This document shows, piece by piece, positions 28,190 through 38,150 of a stretch of 64,000 nt of DNA (its first letter is position 1; the number at the start of each line of letters is the position of its first letter). Made by a program: the position numbers and the translations under genes. The notes beneath the pieces were generated by a model that saw nothing but the letters and a program-made list of their open reading frames with translations, made no database searches and was not told the DNA's origin. This DNA comes from an uncultured Sphaerobacteraceae bacterium (lineage in GTDB: Bacteria > Chloroflexota > Chloroflexia > Thermomicrobiales > UBA6265): the NCBI GenBank assembly GCA_964371945.1, contig CAYJPA010000018.1, forward strand, positions 244 through 64,243, given 5' to 3'.

Positions 28190-29503
28190 GTGATAGATGG
28201 CATTCACGACTTCGCGGATGACGGTTCGAACGCACGAACCGTTTCCAAGGAAGTCGCGTCCAGGTCAAATCCAAGGGCAGCAATCGGACGGGTCGCCATG
28301 GCCCTCGTGCTGGTCGCAACGTTTGGCGCTGGCATCGGGGCCGAGCGATACGGTCTGGGCGGCGACTCCAGCGCCGGTGCTTCGTCTTCCTTCACCGAGC
28401 TGCCTGAGTTCCAAGCGCTTCAGGAGACGTGGGATCTCATCCATGACGACTACATCGACGAATCGGCGATCGATGATCAAGCACTGATCCACGGCGCGGC
28501 CGCGGGAATGGTGGAATCGCTCGGGGACACCGGGCACAGCAGTTTTCTCACTCCCGAGGAGGCAAAGGCGTTCGAGGCGTCAACCAGGGGCGAGCTGATC
28601 GGGATCGGGGTGCAGGTCGATTTCACAGACGGCGTTCCGATCGTCGTGTCCCCGATCGATGGATCTCCGGCCGAAAAAGCCGGCGTGAAATCGCTGGATG
28701 TGATTGTGGCAGTGGATGGAGTCGAAACCAAAGGATTGACGCAGGTCGAGGTTTTCCAACTCCTACGAGGCGATGAGGGCACAAGTGTCGAGATCACATT
28801 CGAACGGCCGAGCGAAGAGAGAGCGTATACAGTCACGCTCGTGCGCGCCAAGATCAAAGTGGAGCCGGTTTCATGGACCATGCTCCCTGGCAACGTCGCA
28901 TTCATCCGGCTTTCCGAGTTCAGCGTCGGAGCGACCGATGGGATCAAGAAGGCGCTCGGCGAGGCTAAGGAAGGCGGGGCCACCTCGCTGATTCTGGATC
29001 TGCGCAACAACCCCGGCGGCCTGGTGTTCGAGGCGATCGGGGTCGCCAGCCAGTTCATGCCTGAAGGCACGCCGATCTACCAATTCCAAGAGAAGGGAGA
29101 CGAGGCGAGGCCGATCCGCACGACGGGAATCGGCCTCGGCACCGATCTTCCGCTCGTCGTCTTGATCAATGGCGGCTCTGCTTCATCCTCTGAAATCGTG
29201 GCATCGGGTTTGCAGGAAAGCGGCCGGGCTCAGCTCATCGGCGAGACCACCTACGGCACCGGTACGGTATTGACACCGAATCAACTTGACGACGGCTCGA
29301 TTCTTTTGCTGGGGACTGGATTATGGTTGTCGGCCGATGGCGAGCAGTTGTGGCACGTTGGCGTTGCGCCGACGACAACGATCGCGTTGCCTGAAGGCAC
29401 GAGTCCGCTCCGGCCATCCGAAGTCATCGGTTTCACGTTGGAACAATTGCAGGCGAGTGAAGATTTGCAGCTAAAGGCCGCCTACGACCTCCTGGTAGAC
29501 TGA
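28190..29503 (+). CDS. S41 family C-terminal processing peptidase (CtpA-like)
   Basis: The PDZ region is GIGVQV...SPIDGSPAEKAGVKSLDVIVAVDG. The catalytic region is LILDLRNNPGGLV ... SASSSEI with a Ser/Lys dyad. There is an N-terminal TM anchor. Confidence 0.9.
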   Translation: MIDGIHDFADDGSNARTVSKEVASRSNPRAAIGRVAMALVLVATFGAGIGAERYGLGGDSSAGASSSFTELPEFQALQETWDLIHDDYIDESAIDDQALIHGAAAGMVESLGDTGHSSFLTPEEAKAFEASTRGELIGIGVQVDFTDGVPIVVSPIDGSPAEKAGVKSLDVIVAVDGVETKGLTQVEVFQLLRGDEGTSVEITFERPSEERAYTVTLVRAKIKVEPVSWTMLPGNVAFIRLSEFSVGATDGIKKALGEAKEGGATSLILDLRNNPGGLVFEAIGVASQFMPEGTPIYQFQEKGDEARPIRTTGIGLGTDLPLVVLINGGSASSSEIVASGLQESGRAQLIGETTYGTGTVLTPNQLDDGSILLLGTGLWLSADGEQLWHVGVAPTTTIALPEGTSPLRPSEVIGFTLEQLQASEDLQLKAAYDLLVD

Positions 29504-29709
29504 CGTAGCGATGCCCAGTTCCTGAACCGGCGATGCAGAATGCAGCGGAGCCCGTGCGTTTGTAGGAGTCGCCAAAGTCACAAAAGTTCCAACGATCTGG
29601 CCGAAACGGCATGCTATGGTTTGCCATCTGCTGTTTCGATAAGCTGGCGAAACTTTCGCGCAATTCGCGGGTGGAGACCGTGGTAGGTCGTTAAGGAGTC
29701 CTAAGCCGA

Positions 29710-30135
29710 ATGATTTCGACCGAAAGCTGGCCTCAGCCCGCAATTCGGATGATGGTTCTTGCCCAGCGGTTCCAGAAGTTCGTGGTCGTCGGTTCTTTTG
29801 GGCTGGCGGTGAATCAAGGGCTTCTCTTCGTCTTCCGCTCTGTGCTTGACGTCCGCCTTGACGTTGCGTCGCCGGTCGCCATTTTCATCTCGATGGTTGT
29901 GACGTTTGGCCTGAATGAGCATTGGACATGGCATGATCGAGGCAGTGGGCTGATCATCCACCGGCTGCTTTTCTATTGTCCTATCAATTCCGTGGGCCTC
30001 CTGATCAACTTTGGAGTGCTTCGATTCTTGGTCCACGAGCATGACTGGCACTATTTGATGGCGAATCTTGCCGGCGCGGGACTCGCCGCGATCTGGAACT
30101 TTTCGCTCAACCACATGATTACCTGGCGGGAATAG
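29710..30135 (+). CDS. GtrA family membrane protein
   Basis: QRFQKFVVVGSFGLAVNQGLLFVF is the GtrA N-terminal motif. There are four TM helices, and the C-terminus is NFSLNHMITWRE. Confidence 0.8.
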   Translation: MISTESWPQPAIRMMVLAQRFQKFVVVGSFGLAVNQGLLFVFRSVLDVRLDVASPVAIFISMVVTFGLNEHWTWHDRGSGLIIHRLLFYCPINSVGLLINFGVLRFLVHEHDWHYLMANLAGAGLAAIWNFSLNHMITWRE

Positions 30136-30526
30136 CGTCCGCGAGCCGCTTGAGGAAAACCAGCCAAACACGAAACCGTGCTCAATGGCAATCCGTTTGA
30201 GTGGAAGGTGGTCAATCACATGGCTCGAGTACCGTGCACATGAATGCCCGAACGACCGGCCTGGAAGAGCGCCCGGCTGACTTTCGCGCCTGACGTTACC
30301 GCTCAAGCGTTCGTGCGGGAAGTATTGAACGTAAGGTATCGAGATTGGTGGCAAGCGCCTTACGCCGGTGTTATACCGTACTTCGCGGGGGATGAGATTC
30401 GGCGCTGAAGGGCGCCGAATCGCGCCAGTTTTCGGCCAAAGATGGTCATCTGAGATGAGCCCAGATAGGCACTGACATGACATCGAGCTCGCATTCTTTG
30501 CTCGTCGCACTGGAAGGACTTCACGG

Positions 30527-32011
30527 TTGACTCAAATCTCCTCCAATGGACATACCTCCAGCAACGCAACCCTGATCATGGGTGCCGGACCTGGTGGACT
30601 CTGCTCTGCTTATGTGTTGAGCAAGGCCGGACATCCCGTGATCGTGGTCGAGAAGGCGCCGTTCGTCGGCGGACTGGCCCGGACGATTCACAAGCCGACA
30701 GAGTATGGCGAGTTCAATTTCGATATCGGGGGGCATCGCTGGTTCACGAAGAACGAGGAGTTGAACGACCTCTTTCGCGAAGTCATCGCCGAGGAGCTGC
30801 TTTGGGTCAACCGGATCAGCCGGATCTATTTCGATGGGCGATATGTCGATTACCCGCTCAAGATTTCGAATGCCCTAAAAGCAATCGGTCCCTTTACGTC
30901 GGCGAAAGCGATGGCCGATTACGCCAGGACGCGGGTTGAGCAGAAAATCCGTCCTCGTGACGTTGTGTCTATGGAGGACGCCTACATTGATCAGTTTGGA
31001 CCATCTCTCTATGAGCTCTTTTTCAAGCGGTACTCGGAAAAGGTTTGGGGACTTCCCTGCGATCAGATGAGCGGCGACTGGGTCACCCAGCGGTCGAAAG
31101 GCATGTCGATTGTGACGGCGGTGAAGGACGCCGTGATCCCGTCCAAGGGCAAGGTCGTCAGTTTGATCGATCAGTTCATGTATCCCCGCGACGGCTTCGG
31201 CCGCTTCTCCGAACGTATGGCCGATGCGGTCAGAGAGATGGGGAATGAGATTCGACTTAGTCACGGTGTCGAAAGAGTGCATCGCGAGGGAAATCGGGTC
31301 ACCGGGGTGACTGTCTCGACCGAAAACGGTAGTCAGCGAATCGAAGCGGCGAATTTCATCTCATCAATTCCGTTGACGATGCTCGCGAAGATCGTCGATC
31401 CGCCAGCGCCCGCGGATGTATTAGCCGCGGCCGACCAGCTCACGTTCCGCAACATCATTACCGTCAACATCATGCTCAAAAAGAAGCAGGTCACCCACGA
31501 TACCTGGCTCTATGTGCACGACCGCAACATCCTTTTTGGCCGGTTCCACGAGCCTAAAAACTGGAGCGCGGCGATGGTGCCGGGCGACGACTTCACTTCT
31601 CTAGTAGTTGAATACTTCTGCTCGTTCGGCGACCACATCTGGAATATGACCGAGGAGCAACTGGTCGAGCAGACAGTCAAGCATCTCGTTGAGGACCTGG
31701 GTTTCATCTCGCGGGATGAGGTCATCGGTGGTTTCGCGATTCGCGCGCCGAGGGCTTATCCCTCGTACGTAATCGGTTACGAAAAACCGCTGCAGAAGAT
31801 CAAGGATTTTGTCGAATCGCTGGACAACCTCCAGATCATTGGCCGATACGGAACCTTCCGATACAACAACACCGATCATTCAATTGAGACCGGATTGCTG
31901 GCTGCCAAGAATCTCCTGGGCGAGCACCACGATCTCGATCGTGTGAACGCCGATCAGGAGTATCACGAGATCAAGCGCATAGCGGAACCAGTGGGCGCCG
32001 GGGGACGATAA
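30527..32011 (+). CDS. FAD-dependent oxidoreductase, UDP-galactopyranose mutase-like / amine-oxidase fold
   Basis: The dinucleotide fold is LIMGAGPGGLCSAYVLSKAGHPVIVVEKAPFVGGLART. The C-terminal IIGRYGTFRYNNTDHSIETGLLAAKNL resembles the GRxGxYxYxNMD end of Glf-type enzymes. TTG start after GGAAGGA. Confidence 0.75.
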   Translation: MTQISSNGHTSSNATLIMGAGPGGLCSAYVLSKAGHPVIVVEKAPFVGGLARTIHKPTEYGEFNFDIGGHRWFTKNEELNDLFREVIAEELLWVNRISRIYFDGRYVDYPLKISNALKAIGPFTSAKAMADYARTRVEQKIRPRDVVSMEDAYIDQFGPSLYELFFKRYSEKVWGLPCDQMSGDWVTQRSKGMSIVTAVKDAVIPSKGKVVSLIDQFMYPRDGFGRFSERMADAVREMGNEIRLSHGVERVHREGNRVTGVTVSTENGSQRIEAANFISSIPLTMLAKIVDPPAPADVLAAADQLTFRNIITVNIMLKKKQVTHDTWLYVHDRNILFGRFHEPKNWSAAMVPGDDFTSLVVEYFCSFGDHIWNMTEEQLVEQTVKHLVEDLGFISRDEVIGGFAIRAPRAYPSYVIGYEKPLQKIKDFVESLDNLQIIGRYGTFRYNNTDHSIETGLLAAKNLLGEHHDLDRVNADQEYHEIKRIAEPVGAGGR

Positions 32012-32068
32012 ACGCGTATTCGGAGCGGAGCACCGGAGAGGGCAACCGGTTCGTGACACAACAGACGC

Positions 32069-33622
32069 GTGGCTGAAATCACTGGTCCATTGCCCGACGG
32101 AGTGCACCGCGATCACGGGCAGAGGACGATGCTTGCGACCGTGGGCATTGCCCACGTTCGGACATGGTCGGTTGCGTCGAAGTTCATGCTAGTGCTGGCG
32201 GCGGTCTTCCTCGTCAAACAGGCGATCAACGTCTTCATCTTTCCGGCGTTCTCCGGCCACGACGAGGTGGTCCACTACGCCTACGTACAGACCGTTGCTC
32301 AGGAGCATCGTGTACCGGAAATCGTCGACCTCGAGGAGTTTAGGGCGTCGTATCAAAACGGATCGATCGATCAGTTCGATTGGATCCCCGATTCGCTCTA
32401 TCCCTACTGCCGATACGTGCTGGACTGGCTCTGGTGCGATCAGCCCCGGTGGGCGGCAGACCCGCCGCACATCGTAACCGTGCAGGGCAATCTTTATCCC
32501 TGGGGGTGGCAGTACGCGGCAAATCATCCGCCGTTGTATTACCTGCTGATGACCCCAATTGCACTCGCCACGGACGATTTCTCCCCAGAGACCCAACTCT
32601 ATGCGATGCGCGCCGCCGCGATCCCGTTCGGATTAGCGATTGTATTGCTGTCGTTTGCAATGGTACGGACGATCTTTCCCAACGATCAGTTTCTGTCCAT
32701 CACCGTGCCCGCGTTCGTCGCCTTCCAACCTCAAATCTCCTACGAAGCGGCGATGGTCAACAATGACATCATGGGCATTTTTATCTTCAGCCTGGCGCTC
32801 TACCTGGTCGTGGTCGGTCTCAAGAAGGGGTTTTCCAGTCGCCTTGTGGTTGGCATCGGCACCGTGGTCGGGATCGGGCTCCTGCTCAAGAGCACGGCCT
32901 TGACGACGGTTCCGATCATCGAGCTCGGCATGATCTTTGGGATCGGGATACGAAATGTGCGCGAATGGGCGACGAAGGGCGCGATTGCCGGGGCAATCGC
33001 AGGGCTCTTCGCCTGGCCCTGGTATCTCTTTCTCTACCGCACATACGGCAACTTCAGTGGGCTCGACCAGATCGCCGCGAATCAATGGGGCTGGACGTAC
33101 CCGGAATGGGACAGGCCGTCGATCTTCGATCTCCTGTGGAACCGAGATTTCGCGGTGTTTCGGTGGCGAGAAACCTGGGGCTTGTTCGGCTGGCGTCTCA
33201 TCAATCTCGGCGACGGGATGCTCTGGGCGATTGGGGTGCCCTGTATCGTCGCGACCATCGGGCTGCTGATCTACCTGATCGCGATTGGGGTTTCCTGGCG
33301 GCCGAGCATCCAGTCCGGCGGTTTCGAAGGCGTCGCTGCATTGCAGTCCTATCAGGTTCAGTCGATCGCGATCATTGCAGTCGCGGCCCTGGTCTCTTAC
33401 GGGGCCATGCTCCAATTCGGAACTCGCTTTCGATTGACTCAGGCGCGATACTTTTTCCCGGCAATCAACGCATTCGCATTCCTGCTGATGCTGGGGATGC
33501 GAACGGTACTGCCGGAGTCGTGGCGCCGGTACGGTCAGGGCGGCGTAGCCGGAGGCCTTATTCTGCTCAATGTACTGATCTATACGCAGTACGTGATTCC
33601 GTACTGGTACCTCGGTTCATGA
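32069..33622 (+). CDS. Polytopic GT-C-type glycosyltransferase (GT39/ArnT-like)
   Basis: At least 10 predicted TM helices. The first-loop acidic motif HDEVVHYAY resembles the DE(V)HF motif of PMT/ArnT enzymes. HPPLYYLLM is also present. Confidence 0.6.
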   Translation: MAEITGPLPDGVHRDHGQRTMLATVGIAHVRTWSVASKFMLVLAAVFLVKQAINVFIFPAFSGHDEVVHYAYVQTVAQEHRVPEIVDLEEFRASYQNGSIDQFDWIPDSLYPYCRYVLDWLWCDQPRWAADPPHIVTVQGNLYPWGWQYAANHPPLYYLLMTPIALATDDFSPETQLYAMRAAAIPFGLAIVLLSFAMVRTIFPNDQFLSITVPAFVAFQPQISYEAAMVNNDIMGIFIFSLALYLVVVGLKKGFSSRLVVGIGTVVGIGLLLKSTALTTVPIIELGMIFGIGIRNVREWATKGAIAGAIAGLFAWPWYLFLYRTYGNFSGLDQIAANQWGWTYPEWDRPSIFDLLWNRDFAVFRWRETWGLFGWRLINLGDGMLWAIGVPCIVATIGLLIYLIAIGVSWRPSIQSGGFEGVAALQSYQVQSIAIIAVAALVSYGAMLQFGTRFRLTQARYFFPAINAFAFLLMLGMRTVLPESWRRYGQGGVAGGLILLNVLIYTQYVIPYWYLGS

Positions 33623-33623
33623 C

Positions 33624-34013
33624 ATGAGCGATCACGAAGTTAGCAAAGGCGCAGATCGTGTCCCCGCGGAGCAAACTCTGGACGTGGACGATCGTCCCAG
33701 CGATCACCAAACCGGACGAACGGTCCGAGCGACGGTCTTCGCGATTTCAGTCCTCACGTTCGCGATCTGGACCGTATTTGGCACGGTCCATACCCATCTC
33801 GGCGTCAAGGCGCCTGAGTGGGATAAAGATGGCCGCGAGCACATCTGGCGAGTTTGGTGGCGTGCTCGCGACGACATGGTTTCCACCGATTCATCCGCGT
33901 TTGTCGTCCTTTACATCGGTCTGACGCTTGCACTCGTGCTGCTCTCCGCGGTTGCTCTCTGGATCGCGGTTGTGCCCGCCGATCCCCGCGATTCGCGACA
34001 TTCAGACCAGTGA
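33624..34013 (+). CDS. Small membrane protein (two TM helices), function unknown
   Basis: The ATG lies 1 nt after the upstream stop. The hydrophobic segments are ATVFAISVLTFAIWTVFG and FVVLYIGLTLALVLLSAVALWIAVV. The stop is overlapped by the next start (GTGA). Confidence 0.5.
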   Translation: MSDHEVSKGADRVPAEQTLDVDDRPSDHQTGRTVRATVFAISVLTFAIWTVFGTVHTHLGVKAPEWDKDGREHIWRVWWRARDDMVSTDSSAFVVLYIGLTLALVLLSAVALWIAVVPADPRDSRHSDQ

Positions 34014-36097
34014 GACCGGTTCATTCCAAGAACAATGCAACTGATGGCTCCGAACAGGAACGCTTCAACGGTCTGACCTGGACGATTCTCTTCCTGTCGC
34101 TTGCGATTTGGGTTGCACGTCGCCTGGGAGCATTCTCGCTCTGGTCAACGGTGACCACGGCCGACGGCGAGCGCGTTCGCTTTCCCAACGGATTCGCGAT
34201 CGTCGACCATCCATTCCATGCCGTTCGAGCTGAATCGCTGCGCCGGTCTCTGGCCGATGGCGACATGCCGCGTTGGATTGGGAATCATCAGGGCGGGTAT
34301 CCCGTCGAATTTTACCCGCTCGGTGTGGCGGCCCTCGATGTCGTGGGGTGGGCGCTCGCGTTCGGCTCGCTGCCTATGATGGCGGTCCACAAGATCGTAG
34401 TTATCGCGATCTTCTTGTTGCCAGTGGCCGGCTATCTCCTCATTGCTGGGTTCGATCGGCGCTCGCTCGGCGTTGCGTTGCTGGCTGGAACTGCCCACCT
34501 AAGCGTTCGGGGCTGGTGGTGGTCGGGCGGTTCGATGGAGCTTATTGAGTGGGGACTGGTGACCAACGTCGCGGCGGTCACCGCATTGCTCGTCGCTCTT
34601 CCACTGGCGGTGAGATTTCTTGAACGTGAATCGCGTATCGCCGGCGCGGGCGCGGCTCTACTATTCGCGTTCGCGCTCGTTGCCAATCCGCGATCGGGAA
34701 TCGCGCTGGTGACAGCACTGGCCGGAAGCTACCTCGCGGTGCTCATGGCCAGCTCGCGAACATCCGAAGCTGCCGCGCAGATCATGCGCAGAGCGTTGTT
34801 GCTGGTTGGAATCGGAGCACTGCTCGCCGCGCCAGAGATCGTTTCGCTCATCCGGTTCAACGATCTCTACGTCTTTATCCACTACTCCGGTTACGCGAAT
34901 TTCCAGGAATACTGGGATTCAAGCATCCAGGCCGTCGGCGGCCTCTTTTTCGTGCTCGGCATCGCGGGGTTTCTCTTTGCCTGGCTTCCGGGTGCGCGGC
35001 TGGTCACCCGCGCAATCGCGGGCACATTGGCGATCTACGTTGCTGGAACGTCGTTGCTCGTTTCGGGAGCGGGTCCAAGTTCTCTGATCGAGCAGCTCGA
35101 AACGACGCGGTTGATGCCGTTTCAGCGCCTCCTTTGGCTGTTTCTCGCGGCGTCGGCGGTCGAGTATGGATTGGTCTGGTTGTTGCGAACGGTCAGGTCA
35201 TTTTCTCGTCGGATGGCGGTCGATCTCGGGTTAGTCGTAGCCGCGGGACTTGTGTTGGTGTTCTATGTGATCTCGCCACCGTCCTTCATTCCCGAAGGCG
35301 ATCGAGGTCTGGTTCGGATGCCGACGTCTGCTCAACCTGGAATCGTCGACCTTGAACAGGCGGTCAAGGTCGCGGATGGGGAAGCGGCTCCCGGAACGGC
35401 GCTGCTCGTGCTAGGAACGACGCTGTCGTGGCACGATCAGCTCTGGGCGCCGCTCTGGAGCGATCGACCGATGTTCTACGACGATTGGTTGTGGTTCTGG
35501 CAAACGCGTCACTACGGTGCATACAACCCTCTGGTCGAGCACGCCTATCCGAGTGACTCCTCCGCGCTCGAGCCGGACTACCTCGCGCGGCACGGTATCG
35601 GTGCGATCATCGTGACCGGCACGGCCCAACCTGACGCTTCTGCCGCATCCTATTTGACACTCCGACGCGAAGGGATTTGGAACGTCTACCTCGTCAATGG
35701 GCCGACCCCGATCGTGACAATTGATGGCTCAGCGCCGACTGTCTCGACCATTGAGAATCAGAACCTGACCGCAAGCGGGGTCACCAGCGGCGGGGAGATC
35801 CTGGTGCGTCGAAACTGGTTTCCCCGGTGGAACGCCACGATCAGCGGCGAGCGCGTCGAGATCACGCAAACCGCGGACGGTTACATGACGATCGCCGCGC
35901 CAGCTCAGGGTCAGATCGAAATCGAGCTCACCTATGCGGTCGATTGGATCGATTGGGTATGCCGATTTGCAGTCGTCGTTGGACTGGGAGCGCTGGTCGT
36001 CATGACAGTGCCCAGAAGCGGACGGTTTCAATTCGGCGCGAGCTCGCAGAAGAATGTGCCGCGCTCTATACCCAGGGTTCAATCGGTACGTCGATGA
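34010..36097 (+). CDS. Large polytopic membrane protein with an extracytoplasmic C-terminal domain (YfhO/GT-C-like)
   Basis: The GTG at 34010 overlaps the upstream TGA. There are many TM helices, and the first-loop motif is IVDHPFHAVRAE. The C-terminal VRRNWFPRWNATISGERVEITQTADGYMTIAAPAQGQIEIELTY, followed by a final TM, resembles the YfhO/GT-C C-terminal module. Confidence 0.6.
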   Translation: MRPVHSKNNATDGSEQERFNGLTWTILFLSLAIWVARRLGAFSLWSTVTTADGERVRFPNGFAIVDHPFHAVRAESLRRSLADGDMPRWIGNHQGGYPVEFYPLGVAALDVVGWALAFGSLPMMAVHKIVVIAIFLLPVAGYLLIAGFDRRSLGVALLAGTAHLSVRGWWWSGGSMELIEWGLVTNVAAVTALLVALPLAVRFLERESRIAGAGAALLFAFALVANPRSGIALVTALAGSYLAVLMASSRTSEAAAQIMRRALLLVGIGALLAAPEIVSLIRFNDLYVFIHYSGYANFQEYWDSSIQAVGGLFFVLGIAGFLFAWLPGARLVTRAIAGTLAIYVAGTSLLVSGAGPSSLIEQLETTRLMPFQRLLWLFLAASAVEYGLVWLLRTVRSFSRRMAVDLGLVVAAGLVLVFYVISPPSFIPEGDRGLVRMPTSAQPGIVDLEQAVKVADGEAAPGTALLVLGTTLSWHDQLWAPLWSDRPMFYDDWLWFWQTRHYGAYNPLVEHAYPSDSSALEPDYLARHGIGAIIVTGTAQPDASAASYLTLRREGIWNVYLVNGPTPIVTIDGSAPTVSTIENQNLTASGVTSGGEILVRRNWFPRWNATISGERVEITQTADGYMTIAAPAQGQIEIELTYAVDWIDWVCRFAVVVGLGALVVMTVPRSGRFQFGASSQKNVPRSIPRVQSVRR

Positions 36098-37718
36098 TCG
36101 TCGGAAGATCGCGCTGCAGCGCATCCGCAATCGCCTGTTCCATCTCTTCAGGAGAATGGACACGGACCCCTGGAATGCGATATGCCTTCGCCAAATCGAC
36201 ATAATCCGGATTGACGAGATCGACCGCCATGTAGCGGCCGCCCCGCTCGTTCATTTGCGCTTCCTTGACCGCCGAATAGGTGGAATCGTTGAAGATCACG
36301 ATAGGAATGCCTAGGCGCTCTTGCACCGCGGTTCCGAGCTCGCCCATCGTGAACTGATATCCGCCGTCCCCGACGATCGGGACGACAACCTTTTCCGGCC
36401 GCGCGATCTTGGCGCCGATCGCGGCGGGCACCGAGAACCCGAGCGTGCCGTATCCAGAAGGGAACATGTAGGTTCGCGGCTCGTAGACTGGATAGAGGTA
36501 GCAACCGACATAGCTCATTTGCGTCATGTCAGTCGCAAGAATGCCGTCGCGAGGAATGACGCGGCGAAGTGCGTCGACATACCCTCTGCGATCGGCGTGA
36601 AATGCGCCTGCTTCGGCTTTAGCCCGGGCTTCTTTGATGCCTGGTTTGTCGAATCCGGTGTTTGCCGTCCCGCGGCCGCCGAGCAGCGAGGCGATTCCTT
36701 CCGCGACCAAACCTGCGTCGCCGGCGATACCAAGCGACGGCGTCGCATTGAGGGTCAGCTCCCGCTCATCGACATCGATCCTGATCAATTCAGCGGGAAA
36801 GCGCATCTTGAACATCCAGGTTGCCTGGGCGCCGAGCTTCGAGCCAAAGACAAGCAGACAATCCGCGGATTGCAGCATGTCGTCGATCGTGTTGCCCTCT
36901 TCCCAAAGCGCGCCGACGCAAAGGGGGTGATCCTCCGGCACCGAGCCCTTACCCATGAACGAGGTCATGATCGGAGCGTTCAATGCTTCCGCGATCGCTA
37001 GAATCGACCTCCCGGCATAGCCGTGAATGGCTCCACCACCGCAATAGATCACCACGCGCTTAGCAGCAGTAAGCCGATCCGCCGCGTCATGGAGAAGCGC
37101 CGGATCTGGGCGCATACGTTCCGGCCGGGAAACAGGAAGATCGTCCGTGGTCGCGGGCTCGTCGAGCACATCGAGTGGAATTTCGATATGGACAGGTAGG
37201 GGGCGTCCGTTGCCCATCTGGCGAAAGCCCTCGGCAATGGCGCTCGTGACATCGTTCGCGGCCATGACGCGGGTGTTCCACTTCGTGACCGCCGCCATGA
37301 CGCCCATTTGGTCTTTGAGGTCGTGGAGATTGCCGCGCATTTCGTCCAGATACGGACGCGGGCAATTCGACGAAATCACCATCACGGGCGAAGAATCCGT
37401 GTAGGCCTCGCCGATCGGTGTCGCGATATTCGTTACTCCCGGTCCGGTAATCACAAATGCGACGCCCGGTTTTCCGCTGGCACGGGCATAGCCGTCGGCC
37501 ATAAAGCCCGCGCCTTGCTCGTGCCGCGACAAAACGTGCCGGATCGATGAGCCACGGAGCGCGTCGTAGAGAGCGAGCGTGTGCACGCCCGGTATTCCAA
37601 AGACGGTTTCCACGCCGTGAGCTTCGAGCGCGGCGATCGCCAGCTCAGCGCCTGTGCTGGAAACCGGGGTTGTGGGAGCGGATTTGGCGAGTATTTCGGT
37701 TGCGGCAGTCATTGACAC
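36066..37718 (-). CDS. Thiamine pyrophosphate-dependent enzyme (acetolactate synthase large-subunit-like)
   Basis: VFGIPGVHTLALYDAL, RHEQGAGFMADGYARASGKPGV and the TPP motif GDGGYQFTMGELGT...IVIFNDSTY are present. No small regulatory subunit gene is adjacent. Confidence 0.85.
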   Translation of the reverse strand: MSMTAATEILAKSAPTTPVSSTGAELAIAALEAHGVETVFGIPGVHTLALYDALRGSSIRHVLSRHEQGAGFMADGYARASGKPGVAFVITGPGVTNIATPIGEAYTDSSPVMVISSNCPRPYLDEMRGNLHDLKDQMGVMAAVTKWNTRVMAANDVTSAIAEGFRQMGNGRPLPVHIEIPLDVLDEPATTDDLPVSRPERMRPDPALLHDAADRLTAAKRVVIYCGGGAIHGYAGRSILAIAEALNAPIMTSFMGKGSVPEDHPLCVGALWEEGNTIDDMLQSADCLLVFGSKLGAQATWMFKMRFPAELIRIDVDERELTLNATPSLGIAGDAGLVAEGIASLLGGRGTANTGFDKPGIKEARAKAEAGAFHADRRGYVDALRRVIPRDGILATDMTQMSYVGCYLYPVYEPRTYMFPSGYGTLGFSVPAAIGAKIARPEKVVVPIVGDGGYQFTMGELGTAVQERLGIPIVIFNDSTYSAVKEAQMNERGGRYMAVDLVNPDYVDLAKAYRIPGVRVHSPEEMEQAIADALQRDLPTIIDVPIEPWV

Positions 37719-37742
37719 GAATTGCCTCCATGGATAACTGGA

Positions 37743-38090
37743 TCAACGTCGTTCATTCATTCCCTTGTCTTCTTCTTGGATCAGCCATGAGCGGCCGCGT
37801 ACCGAGAGCATTGAGCGCTGACCTACGCTGGAGCTTGATTGGGTCTGGGTGAGCAGTCGCCTTCCTCTTGCGGCGGTGAGCACGGCTTCCGCGAATGGAG
37901 TCGGCCAGTCCATGGCGGTAGCGACTTGCTTCACGAGCGTGCTGGTTTGCACTCCCGCCTCTTGCGTTGTGATCCAGCGTACCAGCTCTGTCACATAGGG
38001 ATCGAGCGGGGCGGGCGGGGTGACCTCGTCTCGTTTTCGCCGCGGAACCACGGCGGCCTGTTGATCGTTCATGACGGGCAATGGTATCAC
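37743..38090 (-). CDS. Hypothetical small protein, 24 nt upstream of the TPP enzyme gene
   Basis: 115-aa ORF with a GTG at 38090 or an ATG at 38072 (MNDQQAAV). There are no motifs I can recognise. The real start of the overlapping plus-strand ORF is downstream, so this strand is favoured. Confidence 0.4.
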   Translation of the reverse strand: MIPLPVMNDQQAAVVPRRKRDEVTPPAPLDPYVTELVRWITTQEAGVQTSTLVKQVATAMDWPTPFAEAVLTAARGRRLLTQTQSSSSVGQRSMLSVRGRSWLIQEEDKGMNERR

Positions 38091-38150
38091 TCGTCAATCT
38101 CAGTGGCTGGTATCCTACTTCTGGGGCCAGACACCCCCTTTCGTTCTTCA

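Noticed and set aside
29701-30510. 269-aa ORF antisense to gtrA and spanning the downstream gap
   Set aside because: It overlaps the well-supported GtrA gene on the opposite strand, its composition is odd, and it has no start context.
36066-36097. 32-nt convergent overlap of the GT-C-like gene and the TPP enzyme gene (and the 4-nt overlap at 60334-60337)
   Set aside because: 3' overlaps of convergent genes are common in compact high-GC genomes. Both C-termini look genuine, and I see no evidence of anything beyond tight packing.
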